Assembly (NCBI GenBank): GCA_046045965.1
Contig: JBJOKS010000027.1
Coordinates: 9,035-73,034, forward strand
DNA: 64,000 nt
Direction: 5' to 3'
From: Cyanobacteriota bacterium
Lineage (GTDB): Bacteria > Cyanobacteriota > Cyanobacteriia > Cyanobacteriales > Nostocaceae
The notes under the pieces are model-generated. The model searched no databases. It was not told the origin of the DNA and saw only the letters and a program-made list of their open reading frames with translations. Made by a program: the position numbers and the translations under genes. This document shows positions 34,962 to 46,575 of the stretch, piece by piece. Each line of letters starts with the position of its first letter. The first letter of the stretch is position 1.

Positions 34962-35333
34962 ATGTTAAGTCCTGTATCAACAATTACCATCTTTCAAAAA
35001 CAACCCAATCCTCAAGAATTTTCCGCAGGTGCAACTATCTTTGAAGAAGGACAACCTAGCAATTTTATGTATGGCATTATCGTCGGCAAAGTTGACATAT
35101 TAGTTAATGGCAAAGTAGTAGAAACAATTGAAGCAGGTGAGGTTTTTGGGACCAGTGCATTGGTAGGGATCAAAAATAGAACCTATACAGCGATCGCTCA
35201 AACCAACTGTCAACTTGCTTTTCTGGATGAAAAAGGATTTCTCTTCGCTGTTCAGGAAACACCCATGTTTGCTATACAGGTAATGAAAAGTTACTCGGAG
35301 CGTCTGAGCCGTTTGCAGCATTATATTGTCTAA
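34962..35333 (+). CDS. Standalone cyclic-nucleotide-binding domain protein
   Basis: IFEEGQ, GEVFG, RTYTAIA. Confidence 0.88.
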   Translation: MLSPVSTITIFQKQPNPQEFSAGATIFEEGQPSNFMYGIIVGKVDILVNGKVVETIEAGEVFGTSALVGIKNRTYTAIAQTNCQLAFLDEKGFLFAVQETPMFAIQVMKSYSERLSRLQHYIV

Positions 35334-35682
35334 CCTTTCTCATATATACTAGCAAGGATAGCGATCGCAATTATAGAAAATTTTGCATCCAAAACAGCGA
35401 TCGCTATATTTTCAGCTTATAACCTATTAATCACAAACTCATCTGCGTCTATCCGCGTTCATCTGCGTTTCATTTTCATCACCTCTACCTCACTTGAATC
35501 TGATTTGTGAAAATCAAAGATTTACAGAATGTGAAAAGTAAAAAATCATCATCCCGTAAATCCTCACATGATAACCACAATGCGCGATCGCAAATTCTCC
35601 ACAGCTTACAGTAAATAAATTTGGGGTATTCCCAAGCGAATCGAATGTTTACCAATCTCTAGTAATTTTGGAAAAGAGCGAT

Positions 35683-35703
35683 ACCTTCGGTTAACTTCGT
35701 TAA
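35683..35703. repeat. 21-nt small dispersed repeat inserted in a HIP1 site
   Basis: GCGAT|ACCTTCGGTTAACTTCGTTAA|CGC; removing it restores GCGATCGC. Confidence 0.7.
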
Positions 35704-36561
35704 CGCACCTTTTCAAAAAAGCGTCGTGGAATTAAAGATGCAAAAGATTTATATATCAGTTATGACCAAATTGAAGTAGAAGATATAGCTTTAGTTAGTT
35801 CATTTTTAGAGATATCGCCAGATATGTTAGATAATGCACAGATATTATCTTTCGAGTTTGGTAAATCATGGATTAACAAATTATCAAGTATGACAAATGA
35901 TGAAATTCAGATTTTTTGTAATCAAAAAAATGGAAATCAAGAGTTAATTACAAGATTGCAACAAAAACTTCTTCGTCTAGATGGAATGGACAATGCTAGA
36001 CACTCTCTTCCCAAAAATTATATCAGAGACATATTACTTTCTTTAGTATCAGGTAATCATGTAGTAATAGATTTTGGGTATAAACCCAATATACTTTGTT
36101 ATCAATTATTAGTTAATATGATATGTAGGCGAGTGTATTCTTATTATGGTATAAGGACAGAGAAATCATTAAATAAACACTACACTAATTATACTCTTCC
36201 TAAACTTGTTATAACAATTGAAGATGCGCATTACTTTCTCAACTCTAATGAAGTTAGAAGTAATATTTTTCAGCCTTTAATTCGTAAATCATGGAAATCA
36301 TACATTACTTTACTAGCTATAGAAAGACATCCATCAAAAATTGACCCAGAAATATTATCAGAGTTTTATACTTTAATTACTGGATTCTTAAATGAAGAAG
36401 ATAAAAATCATATCTTATCTGGATTCCCTATACATCAAGAATTATATTCGATGCTTTCTCAAATAAATTTATCTCAAAATATGTTATTCTTCGGTTATGG
36501 TATCAAAAACCCAGAAGTAGTTCACATAAGAGAGTATGATAATTATGTTCTTCATACTTAA
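35704..36561 (+). pseudogene. Divergent C-terminal half of a cyanobacterial HerA-like ATPase
   Basis: KRRGIKDAKDLYISYDQIEVEDI, ITIEDAH (Walker B), ERHPSKID, GYGIKNPEVVHIREYD; no Walker A. Confidence 0.65.
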
Positions 36562-36708
36562 ATTTGATACAAATTTTATATTAATAAATTCCTACAATAA
36601 CTCCTATGGATGATTTGTGCATACACCCACAGGAGAAATTTTCCAACTTTTTTATTTATTTTCCAACTTTTTTATCCTCCTACATATTTTAACGCTACAA
36701 AATATTAA

Positions 36709-38586
36709 CTATTCCACCGTTACCGACTTCGCCAAATTCCTTGGCTGATCCACATCCAAACCCCGCCGTGCCGCAATATGATAAGCCAACAATTGCAACG
36801 GAATTACTGTTAAAATAGGCGACAAAATTTCCTCCACATCACTAACAGGAATTAAATCATTAAATATTTCTGCCGCTTCCCCATCTTTCACAGAAGTTAC
36901 ACCAATTAACCGCGAATCTCTCGCTTTTGCTTCTTGAGCGTTAGAAATCACCTTTTCATATACACTACCAGGCATAGCGATCGCAACTACTGGAACTTTA
37001 CTATCTAATAATGCGATCGGTCCATGTTTCATCTCTCCTGCTGGATATCCTTCCGCATGAATATAACTAATTTCCTTTAATTTCAAAGCCCCTTCTAAAG
37101 CAATGGGAAAATTAATTCCCCTGCCGACAAAAATGAAATCTTTTGTTTCTGTAAACTCATGCACTAACTGTTCAATATATTTTTCCTGAGTTTCTAAAAT
37201 CGCCTCAATTTCTATCGGTAACTGCCTTAAACCTGCAATAATTTCTGCTAACCTTTCAGAAGAAATTGTTTGCCGACGATAAGCTAAATCTAAAGCTAAA
37301 CCATAAAACGCCATCAATTGAGCGATAAAAGTTTTAGTCGCCGCAACACCAATTTCAATCCCCCCATGAGTATTGATAATATTCGCAACCATATTACCTA
37401 AGCTACTTTCTGGACGGTTGGTAATACCTAAAAGTCGCGCTTGATACTTAGCTTCTCTTCCTTCTCTGCGGTCTTTTTCCATACCTAAAGCCGCTAAAGT
37501 ATCCGCAGTTTCACCAGATTGAGTCACCCCAATTGTTAAAGTATTAGCCGTCAAAGGTGTGGGCGCATAGCGAAATTCAGAGGCATATTGTACCTGTGTG
37601 GGAATTTCTGCTAGTTGTTCTAATAAATACTTACCAACTAAAGCCGCGTGCCAACTTGTACCACAAGCCACAATTTGAATTTGTTCTAAATCTGCGTAAA
37701 ATTCCTCTGGTAAATTCAAGGTGACAGGAGTTTCCCCACTTCCAGGAAAATAAGCTTCTAAACAAGACCTAACCACTCCCGGTTGCTCATAAATTTCCTT
37801 GAGCATGAAGTGTTTAAAACCCTGCTTTTCCACCATAATGGGATTCCAGTTCAAAGTGCGGGGATGCTTCTTTAAACGATGTCCAGCAAAGTTATACACC
37901 TCAACCCCCAAAGGAGTCAAACGGGCAATTTCGCCGTTTTCTAGGGGCAGTACAGCGCGGGTATAAGGGACAATTGCCGGGGTATCCGAAGCACAGAAAA
38001 ACTCACCTTGACCAAAGCCAATCACCAAAGGCGCTTGTTGACGAACTACAATCAATTCATCCGGGTAGTCAGCAGAAATGGCAGCTACAGCAAAAGCCCC
38101 CTCTAATTTACTCACAGCTTCCCGCACTGCATCTAAAAACAGAGAAGCAGAATCAGTATTTTCTGAAGTATGCTTTAAACATTCTGCTATGAGATGGGGA
38201 ATAACTTCTGTATCTGTGTCTGAACGAAATTCATGCCCTAACGTTTTTAAATGTTCCCGTAACTCACGATAATTTTCAATAATGCCATTCTGCACCACCG
38301 CTATCCGCAGCGCCGTATCCTGATGGGGATGGGCATTATATTCTTCTGGTTTACCATGAGTTGCCCAGCGAGTGTGACCGATGCCAATTTGGGCAGGATT
38401 TTCGATTTGTTCGAGTTTAGAACGCAAATTCAGCAGTTTGCCTTTAGCCCGCACACAATGAATGTCACCTTCCCAAATGGTGGCAATTCCCGCTGAGTCA
38501 TAACCCCTATACTCTAGCTTTTCTAGTCCAGCTAGTAAAATATCTGTCGCCGCTTGAGTGCCTATATATCCAACAATTCCGCACAT
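36709..38586 (-). CDS. glmS: Glutamine-fructose-6-phosphate aminotransferase
   Basis: MCGIVG, GHTRWATHG, QSGETADT, PRNLAKSVTVE. Confidence 0.98.
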   Translation of the reverse strand: MCGIVGYIGTQAATDILLAGLEKLEYRGYDSAGIATIWEGDIHCVRAKGKLLNLRSKLEQIENPAQIGIGHTRWATHGKPEEYNAHPHQDTALRIAVVQNGIIENYRELREHLKTLGHEFRSDTDTEVIPHLIAECLKHTSENTDSASLFLDAVREAVSKLEGAFAVAAISADYPDELIVVRQQAPLVIGFGQGEFFCASDTPAIVPYTRAVLPLENGEIARLTPLGVEVYNFAGHRLKKHPRTLNWNPIMVEKQGFKHFMLKEIYEQPGVVRSCLEAYFPGSGETPVTLNLPEEFYADLEQIQIVACGTSWHAALVGKYLLEQLAEIPTQVQYASEFRYAPTPLTANTLTIGVTQSGETADTLAALGMEKDRREGREAKYQARLLGITNRPESSLGNMVANIINTHGGIEIGVAATKTFIAQLMAFYGLALDLAYRRQTISSERLAEIIAGLRQLPIEIEAILETQEKYIEQLVHEFTETKDFIFVGRGINFPIALEGALKLKEISYIHAEGYPAGEMKHGPIALLDSKVPVVAIAMPGSVYEKVISNAQEAKARDSRLIGVTSVKDGEAAEIFNDLIPVSDVEEILSPILTVIPLQLLAYHIAARRGLDVDQPRNLAKSVTVE

Positions 38587-38964
38587 TTTTTATACCACTC
38601 TGGTTATCAGTTATTAGTTAACAGTTGTATTTAATTTCAGCACCCTACTATCAGCCTGACAACCTTTCAATATTCACTATTCCCTAAATTTATTAACTCT
38701 TAAGTTGTCAGGATAAAGCGGTCATTATATCAAATAAAAAGGAGTTTTAGAAACTTATTGGATATAGATCCCCGACTTCTTGAAGCAGTTGGGGATCTGG
38801 CGATTATATTTTTGAAGTTTGGTTAATTATGCAGATCATTCAAAAAGTGTTAAGTGCTGAGGATTGAGAGAAGAAGCAAGAATCATGCTAGTCGATGGAT
38901 TTCTTGTTTCTCCCTAACTCAGTCCTCAGCACTATTTTACTGAGTATTTTAAAATCCCAGTATT

Positions 38965-39252
<288 letters not shown>

Positions 39253-39763
39253 TCATAATCAAGGCATAGTTTACCGCAGTGCTGGATGGGCTGTAAGTAA
39301 AAGGCTACATAACTTCAAACAATTTAATAAGCTCTCTCTACAGTTTTTCTGCCAAGATCGCCGCTATTCAGCTTTAATCAACAATATAGCCTTCTGGCAT
39401 TGAGTTTGTTGACTCTCCAAAACCAAGCCGAATTGTAAAGATGTGTAAAGTTCCAGTTGATTCCCCAAAGCTAAACCTATAGTACCTATTGATGGATGGC
39501 TATGCAATGTCAGAAGCCGCAAGATGCTAAAGAAATCGTAACATTCAGTTATAGTTAAGTAGATTGGCACAAGAAAACAACCTATGTGAAGAAAGATGAA
39601 CTAGCTTCAAACCTTCTTTCACCCTGCTTCCTGCCTTAACTAATATCCGAATTCTCAATTGATAGTCTGCTGGTGGCGATCGCACTTTCCTCCATGAAAA
39701 GCTTAAGATCGGCTCACCAGTAGAAATTGGAAAATAATGTAAATCACATCACATAAACTGATT

Positions 39764-40126
39764 ATGGAGCCAGACTCTTTACCAACTGAAGTTATTCTCA
39801 CAAACCCGCGTCAGTCTTTGGGTAGATTACAACTTGATTGGACACCCCAACCAGGAAACTATCTTGATTTTGAAGACAACACTTATGCTGTGTTAGAGCG
39901 TCGTCATCGATATCAATTGAAAGCAGGACGCTATCTTTTACATAACGTCGCTATTTACGTACAAAAAGCTAAACGACCATCAGAAAAAACTTTAGTAGCT
40001 GGACGTTGGGTTATTGGTGATGCTAGTTGTGACTACAATGCTCATTCAGAAATCATTCGCTGTGCAGTCAACCCAGAAGGACCTTGTGAGTCTTGTCGTT
40101 TTTATGAAAGTTCAGGCCATAGGTGA
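39764..40126 (+). CDS. Conserved cyanobacterial protein (DUF6464-like)
   Basis: IGDASCDYNAHS, RCAVNPEGPCESC. Confidence 0.8.
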   Translation: MEPDSLPTEVILTNPRQSLGRLQLDWTPQPGNYLDFEDNTYAVLERRHRYQLKAGRYLLHNVAIYVQKAKRPSEKTLVAGRWVIGDASCDYNAHSEIIRCAVNPEGPCESCRFYESSGHR

Positions 40127-40163
40127 CTGGGGACAAATCAAGTCAAAAGTCAAAAGTCAAAAG

Positions 40164-41210
40164 TCAAAAGTCAAAATTCTTCCCTGTTCCCTGTTCCCTG
40201 TTCCCTGTTCCCTTGTTTCCAATTACCTCTCCTACTGTTAAACGAGTACCATTGACAAAATCCCATCCTGACTGGGGACGTTTACCAGTTAGCTGAACTT
40301 CTCTCAACCACAAAAAGCCTTTTCCAGTTTTTACAATTGCTCCTATTCCCTTGGCAATACTTACTACTTCTCCAGGTTGAGCAGATACAGTTGACAAATC
40401 AGATATTTTGTGTATTTTTTCCTGTAATTGATCTGGTAATTCTTGAATATAAGCAGGTTCTAGGGGAACAGTAGCAGTGATTTTCAGAGATTGATTGCGA
40501 AAAGTCGTGACGCAGTTAGGATAAAAGCCTCTAATTTGATTGTGTAATTCAATAGCACTTTTTGACCAATCCAAATTATAATCATCCTTTTGAATCAAAG
40601 ACGCATAAGTGGCCAGAGAATTATCTTGGGGAAGAGGTTGAATTGACTGGTGTTCCAACTTGAGCAAAGTTTCCACTAATAAGTCTGCACCTATGACCGC
40701 CAACTGATCGGCTAAAATTTGGGCATTATCCAGTAATTTAATCGGTGTGGTGGCTTTTAGGAGCATATCTCCTGTATCCATACCCGCATCCATTAACATT
40801 GTCGTGATTCCTGTTTCTTTCTCACCGTTATATAGACACCACTGAATGGGAGCAGCCCCCCGATATTGGGGTAAAATTGAACCATGTACATTGATGCAAC
40901 CCAACTTAGGCATCTTTAAAATTTGCTTAGACAAAATTTGTCCATAGGCAACCACTACAAACACATCCGCATCTAATTCTTGTAGTTGGGTTAAAGTTTC
41001 AGCATCTTTTTTAACTCTCTCAGGTTGCCATACAGGGAGGTTATGAGCATTAGCAAGTGATTTAACTGGTGAAGGTGTCAGTTTATTCCCACGTTCTCGG
41101 CGTTTGTCCGGTTGGGTGACAACTGCTAAAACCTCAAAATCAGGGTAATTCAGTAATTTTTCCAGGGTGGGAACGGCAAATTGGGGAGTACCAAAAAATA
41201 CTACTTTCAT
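40164..41210 (-). CDS. fmt: Methionyl-tRNA formyltransferase
   Basis: [36 protein letters not shown]; tail derives from STRR arrays. Confidence 0.95.
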   Translation of the reverse strand: MKVVFFGTPQFAVPTLEKLLNYPDFEVLAVVTQPDKRRERGNKLTPSPVKSLANAHNLPVWQPERVKKDAETLTQLQELDADVFVVVAYGQILSKQILKMPKLGCINVHGSILPQYRGAAPIQWCLYNGEKETGITTMLMDAGMDTGDMLLKATTPIKLLDNAQILADQLAVIGADLLVETLLKLEHQSIQPLPQDNSLATYASLIQKDDYNLDWSKSAIELHNQIRGFYPNCVTTFRNQSLKITATVPLEPAYIQELPDQLQEKIHKISDLSTVSAQPGEVVSIAKGIGAIVKTGKGFLWLREVQLTGKRPQSGWDFVNGTRLTVGEVIGNKGTGNREQGTGKNFDF

Positions 41211-42160
41211 TAGTGGGTTATTAGTTATTAAGTTACTAATCAATATTATTAGTTGCGTCACGAATCACTGACAACTGAATACCCACAACTAACCAAAACA
41301 CAATAACTGGTGAAAAAGACCCAAAGTAATTTTGCTATGAGGACATTAAATTTGAGCTATTTAGTGGTAAAGTATTTATTATCGGTGCAACCAAAAATTC
41401 CTGAATAAAATATAATGCCTTGGCAAGCGGGTCAGCTAAGATCAACTAATGACTGTATCTGCTGCTTCCAAACATGAATATTTTTTGTCTCAGATCCGGA
41501 CAATTCAGCATCTACTCACCCCACCCATTTGATAATTTACCAAATTTCAGCTTTCTTTCGCTTGTGCGATCGCAATAGATATTTTATTTGTTTGCGAGCA
41601 ATTTTGCACTTTATTGCTTGGGAAAAATGACGGTGAGGTTTTTATTGATGTTGCCCAAACCAGGCGAGATTTTTAAAGGAATAAAACACTTTCAAACAGA
41701 TAATTTTTAGTTCTACCAGGCTTAGTGCTGTTAAAACAGATTACACGAAGGTAAAACTCAATTAAATGAATTAGCTTTAGCTAAAACATTTGCAAGAAAA
41801 TACCTGAGTTTAGGCACTATAATTAGTCACCTAAGAGCTTAGTTTATATACTTTTCCAAGTTACCTACATTTGGTTGTTTTTACCGAAGAATAGGTAAAT
41901 TTAGGTAGATATTTACTGAAGGATTACTGTAATGATCAATTCCAGTAGTTATGGGAATTAAATTTACCTGAAAACCCAAGTTATTTAAAGAATGTAAAGG
42001 TGTGAATAATGATTAGAAAACTTTTGTAAAGTGATGCAAAATTTAGCGCGATGATCTCGTTAAAGCTTCTAGTTTGTTGTTATACATATAATTATAGCTT
42101 TTCCTCTTCCTGGATAGACATTGCTCCTCACACAGCCACCGCCCCTTAGAGAGTCTACTC

Positions 42161-43474
42161 ATGCTGAAATCCCTTTTGCTGTCAGGATGGTTCCGCGTAC
42201 AACCATTTCTTAAGTACGTTATTGTTGTTATATTAATTGCTCCCTTAGTAGGTGTATCGGTTAACTCCAGTGTAGCGAAACAATCACAATTAAAAGTAGG
42301 AAAAATTAGTTCAGGACTTAGCAAATCTGATTTAACGTCCCAAGTAACGGTTATTGCGAGGGAAAAAGATTTAAAGCTGGGTGAAGTGAACTCCTTGGAA
42401 GCAAAAATTGGGAATGTTTTGCCAGGAAATAAGCAAGTGCGTGAAGAAAGACAAGTATTACTGGCTGAGAAAATTGATTCTGGGGTAGGACAAGAAAATC
42501 AGCATTCAAGTAGTAATGTACCTGTGAGCGATCTCTTGGCGGTAGATAAACAGGTAAATTCAGCAAATATACCTGTAAATCAAACTGATTTGCTCCAAAA
42601 ATTAAAAGATGCTAAAAACGATGCTTTAGGAGGTGGGGTTAACTCTTTAGAAAGTGAGAGTCGGAAAAATGAAATATTAAGAACAGCTACAGAAACATCC
42701 AGTATTAGAGAATCCAAGCCTGACTCAATGGCGGAAATACCTGTAGAAGAACAGCAAAATCAGTCCGATGCTGTTCCAGATGATCCTATGGGTAGTCCTC
42801 ATCCAATTCCTTGGAAATGGATCATGATGACTCAAGAAGCTATTGGTGGTCAAGGACTTTCTGGAGTGCGACATTATCGCAGTATACCAGTGATTTCTCC
42901 TGATGGTAGATATGCTGTTTATAGCAGAGTGCAGCTAGAAGTCCAACCGGAAATGCACAACAGCCGAGTTACCAGCTTGTTGTTTATCGAAGATCGGCAG
43001 ACTAAGAAATTGCGAGTAATGGCTAAAACTGCTGCCATTAGTGATCCCCTGTTAAATCAGCCTATTTCCGCCCAAGAAACTGATACAGAAGGCAAAATTG
43101 GGGTTTTAGTTCCAGTTAGCTGGTCCCAAAAAGGCGATCGCTTTTTAGCCCGCAAATTTGTAGGCATCTTCAACACAGCAGATGTTACAGACCATGCAGT
43201 AATTTGGGATCGGCAGGAAAATCATACCAAAACAGTTGCTCCAGCACAACAAGAAGATGAACATGAGAAAATAGCGATATTGTTAGGTTGGAGTAAAAAA
43301 CAGCCAGATCATGTACTATTCCGTGCAGGTGAACTAGGGGAAGAAAATTGGCCTTTGATACAAGTTGCTAGTGATGGCAAAAGTGTCAATGTCACCAATG
43401 ATGGCGATCAAGCTGTTACTTTTGGTGAAAGAGATAGACAGGTTTGGGCAGAACCTCAAGTTGCTTCCAGATAA
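42161..43474 (+). CDS. Hypothetical exported protein with beta-propeller-like C-terminus
   Basis: N-terminal hydrophobic segment; ISPDGRYAVY and SWSQKGDRFL motifs. Confidence 0.75.
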   Translation: MLKSLLLSGWFRVQPFLKYVIVVILIAPLVGVSVNSSVAKQSQLKVGKISSGLSKSDLTSQVTVIAREKDLKLGEVNSLEAKIGNVLPGNKQVREERQVLLAEKIDSGVGQENQHSSSNVPVSDLLAVDKQVNSANIPVNQTDLLQKLKDAKNDALGGGVNSLESESRKNEILRTATETSSIRESKPDSMAEIPVEEQQNQSDAVPDDPMGSPHPIPWKWIMMTQEAIGGQGLSGVRHYRSIPVISPDGRYAVYSRVQLEVQPEMHNSRVTSLLFIEDRQTKKLRVMAKTAAISDPLLNQPISAQETDTEGKIGVLVPVSWSQKGDRFLARKFVGIFNTADVTDHAVIWDRQENHTKTVAPAQQEDEHEKIAILLGWSKKQPDHVLFRAGELGEENWPLIQVASDGKSVNVTNDGDQAVTFGERDRQVWAEPQVASR

Positions 43475-43476
43475 TT

Positions 43477-43513
<37 letters not shown>

Positions 43514-43557
43514 AAGATAAATATTCCCTCCCTGTCCCCTGTTCCCTGTTCACTGTT

Positions 43558-44331
43558 TTAAGCTGATTTAAAGAATCTAATAATTTCCCGCACATGATCC
43601 AGAAATTGCCCATCAGTAGAAAGTTGAGCGATCGCAGTTCTGGCTTCTCGTGATAGTCGCTCATGTTCAGCTTGGTTTGTAGCTCGTAATTCTTCTAAAT
43701 TAGCGACAATACGAGCTAATTCTCGACGAGTTTCTTCACTAAATCTTTGGTTATTTGCTGCTAAAGAATAAGGCTGTTCTGGGTTAAGTTGGTCTTCAAA
43801 AGATTGCACTTTTTGTTCTATTTCATAAAAACGGTTACGCAATTCCAAAATATCTTCACGGGGATAGGTAAATGCTTGACGGATCATTCTTAGCCGAGCA
43901 TATAAATATTCGTAGGCGCTAATAGCTGGACGCAATAAAGTTAATAACAAAGCCGCGCCAGAACTGATATATCCCACAGCACTAATACCAGTAGCAGCTA
44001 GGATATAAAGAGCGATCGCTGAAACCAAGTGTAAACCAATAGCCAGCCAGAGCGATCGCTTGGCTAAAACTTTCACATACTTAACTTGTTTCTCATCTAC
44101 AGGAATATTTTTTTCGACTGACTCCGCAGCTTCTGCTAAAACTTCCTTAGCTTGAAAATGGACATTCCACGGAACTGTCACAATGACCAATAACCACCAA
44201 AAACTTGCACCACCAATTATCCAGTCAAGAAAATTACCTGCGGGTATATGAAACCATTGCAAAACACCAAAAGCCACCAGGAATGTAATTAGAATTCCCA
44301 CAATAGAACTGATAAAAAAGTTGATATACAT
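43558..44331 (-). CDS. Hypothetical membrane protein with coiled-coil C-terminus
   Basis: About four TM segments followed by a charged helical tail. Confidence 0.75.
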   Translation of the reverse strand: MYINFFISSIVGILITFLVAFGVLQWFHIPAGNFLDWIIGGASFWWLLVIVTVPWNVHFQAKEVLAEAAESVEKNIPVDEKQVKYVKVLAKRSLWLAIGLHLVSAIALYILAATGISAVGYISSGAALLLTLLRPAISAYEYLYARLRMIRQAFTYPREDILELRNRFYEIEQKVQSFEDQLNPEQPYSLAANNQRFSEETRRELARIVANLEELRATNQAEHERLSREARTAIAQLSTDGQFLDHVREIIRFFKSA

Positions 44332-44444
44332 TGTTCTCTGTCTCCAGTAAAACACTCACCTTTATCATGTTCACAAGTTCCCAGTTATACCCCTAACATT
44401 GTGCTGGTTTTTCTACTAGCACATCCTCATTAAAACTGATACAT

Positions 44445-44876
44445 TTAATGGCTACTATAAATTTTTACTTGGTCTTTTGAGGACTGCAAAATTCTTTTGA
44501 GGGAATTTCCCTTGACTATCATGGCAGCGTGATTAATATCTAACCAGATCCTTTCTCTTTTCGTTGCTTCTGGCCAGTCTTCTAACACTTTTTCCACTGG
44601 CAACCAAAATAAATGAACTTGATAAATATTACCGCGTTTACGATATTTATAAGCACCTATTTTTTCACTATTTACCTGACCAATAACCCCTGCTTCTTCC
44701 CAAGCTTCTTTAGCTGCTGAGTCAGGTGGAGTCATCCCCTTACAAACTCCTCCTTTGGGAATTACCCAACTTTGACGTTTACGAGTGGTGATCAATAAAA
44801 CTTCTATTTTTCCATCTCGGACACGATATGGAATTACTCCTGACTGTTTGCAAATTTTGTTGGTTTTTCTTCTCAT
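44445..44876 (-). CDS. NUDIX hydrolase
   Basis: WVIPKGG...SAAKEAWEEAG Nudix box. Confidence 0.9.
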   Translation of the reverse strand: MRRKTNKICKQSGVIPYRVRDGKIEVLLITTRKRQSWVIPKGGVCKGMTPPDSAAKEAWEEAGVIGQVNSEKIGAYKYRKRGNIYQVHLFWLPVEKVLEDWPEATKRERIWLDINHAAMIVKGNSLKRILQSSKDQVKIYSSH

Positions 44877-45176
44877 AGCAGCACATTCCTGATAAATTAA
44901 GCTCTAGATAGTAATTACTGTGATCGCTATGGTCATCTTGGTAATGTTGACTTTAAATCTATTAATACCCTTGGTTTAATTTTTCACCCAGTTAACTGGT
45001 TATTCCGTATAATATTTAACGAAGTTTGATTATTTATCCTCATTCATGATAATTCATAGCAAATTAGCAGGATGATTATTTGGTAATTAAAACACAGCGG
45101 TTAGACTATTAACCAAGCATATTACACAAAACTAAGCAAGTTAAAAAGCCATATTGGCAATAAAAGATTCGCTGTT

Positions 45177-45617
45177 ATGCAACCCAAACCCCCAACATTT
45201 TGGTTACTTGAACCTGAAAAACCGCCATTACAGCAGATAATAGCTGGAGGTGTTGTTTTACCAGATGGACAAGTGGCGATCGCTCGATGTTTACCAAATT
45301 CTACTCATGCTACTTTCCCATCTTTAAAATCTTTTCAACAGTTACAAGAAAAAAGAGGGAGACAATTAATATTTGGTCATCATTCTTTAGATGGATATCA
45401 TCTCAACACTTTTAAGTTAGTTAGAAATAAAGATGTCACAGGTATTAGTGGAACTGGTATAGTTGCTGTAGGATGTTATTTTCAAAGTTTTGGTGGTCTT
45501 GCTGTGATGCAATGGTTAACTGATGCTGCGTCAACTGCTTGGTATCCTGGAGGATGGGAACAAATAGAATTGATTCATGGACACAAAGGTAAAACTCAAA
45601 TTGTCATGGATGTTTAA
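45177..45617 (+). CDS. Hypothetical protein with an apparent internal duplication
   Basis: FKLVRNKDVTGISGTGIVAVG...IHGHKGKT; N-half GVVLPDGQVAI. Confidence 0.75.
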   Translation: MQPKPPTFWLLEPEKPPLQQIIAGGVVLPDGQVAIARCLPNSTHATFPSLKSFQQLQEKRGRQLIFGHHSLDGYHLNTFKLVRNKDVTGISGTGIVAVGCYFQSFGGLAVMQWLTDAASTAWYPGGWEQIELIHGHKGKTQIVMDV

Positions 45618-45678
45618 ATTCAGATAAAATTATATAGGATTCTTCTTTGATTTATGAAATTTATCATATTGAAAAATT

Positions 45679-46500
45679 ATGACTAACATAGAAAATTCCC
45701 GTGCAGATTTTGTCCTCGTGGTTGGTGCAACTGGTGGTGTGGGACAGCTTGTAGTCAGCAAACTTTTAGAAAAAGGTGTTTCAGTTCGCATTCTCACACG
45801 AGACGCAGCAAAAGCGGCAAAAATGTTTAATCAAAAAGTAGAAATTGTTGTTGGTGATATCCGCGAACCAAATACCCTTCCAGCAGCAATGTTAAATATC
45901 ACTTCTATTATATGCTGTACAGGAACTACGGCTTTTCCTTCTGCTAGATGGGAATTTGATCCAACTCTGAATATCATTGAATTAGGACGAGCTTTATTAC
46001 ACTCTCAATTACTTGAAGGTAAAGCCAAAAATACACCTTTTAAAGTTGATTTTCAAGCTGTTAAAAACCTAGTCGTAGCAGCACCTAAAAATTTAAAAAG
46101 ATTCGTTTTTGTTTCTTCCTGCGGTATTCTCAGAAAAAATCAATTTCCTTTTAATATTCTGAATATTTTTGGTGTCTTAGATGCAAAACAGCAGGGAGAA
46201 GAAGCAATTATTAATTCAGGAATTCCCTATACAATTATCCGTCCTGGACGCTTGATTGATGGACCTTTTACTTCTTACGATCTTAACACCTTGCTCAAGG
46301 CAACAACAGCAGGTAAGTTAAATGTAGTATTGGGTAACGGTGATACTATTTCAGGTGATGCTAGTCGCATTGATGTGGCTGCTGCTTGTGTGGAAAGTTT
46401 GTTTTATTCAAGTTGTAATAATCAGGTTTTTGAGTTAGTTAATCAAGGCATAAGACCAGATATAATTGATTGGGAACAGCTTTTTGATCAACTGATTTAG
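45679..46500 (+). CDS. NAD(P)-binding atypical SDR oxidoreductase
   Basis: VLVVGATGGVG, YTIIRPG, SRIDVA. Confidence 0.9.
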   Translation: MTNIENSRADFVLVVGATGGVGQLVVSKLLEKGVSVRILTRDAAKAAKMFNQKVEIVVGDIREPNTLPAAMLNITSIICCTGTTAFPSARWEFDPTLNIIELGRALLHSQLLEGKAKNTPFKVDFQAVKNLVVAAPKNLKRFVFVSSCGILRKNQFPFNILNIFGVLDAKQQGEEAIINSGIPYTIIRPGRLIDGPFTSYDLNTLLKATTAGKLNVVLGNGDTISGDASRIDVAAACVESLFYSSCNNQVFELVNQGIRPDIIDWEQLFDQLI

Positions 46501-46575
46501 ATCCCCCCAACCCCCCTTGCAAAGGGGGGCTAAATTCCTCAAAGTCCCCCTTTTTAAGGGGGATTTAGGGGGATC
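46500..46575. repeat. GC-run REP-like hairpins (GATCCCCCCAACCCCC...GGGGGATTTAGGGGGATC)
   Basis: Related copies at ~49602-49632 and inside the 51513-51665 element. Confidence 0.8.

Noticed and set aside
38587..38900. glmS ribozyme upstream of glmS
   Set aside because: No conserved ribozyme core seen; the hairpin at ~38767-38797 is a dispersed repeat also found at ~24892
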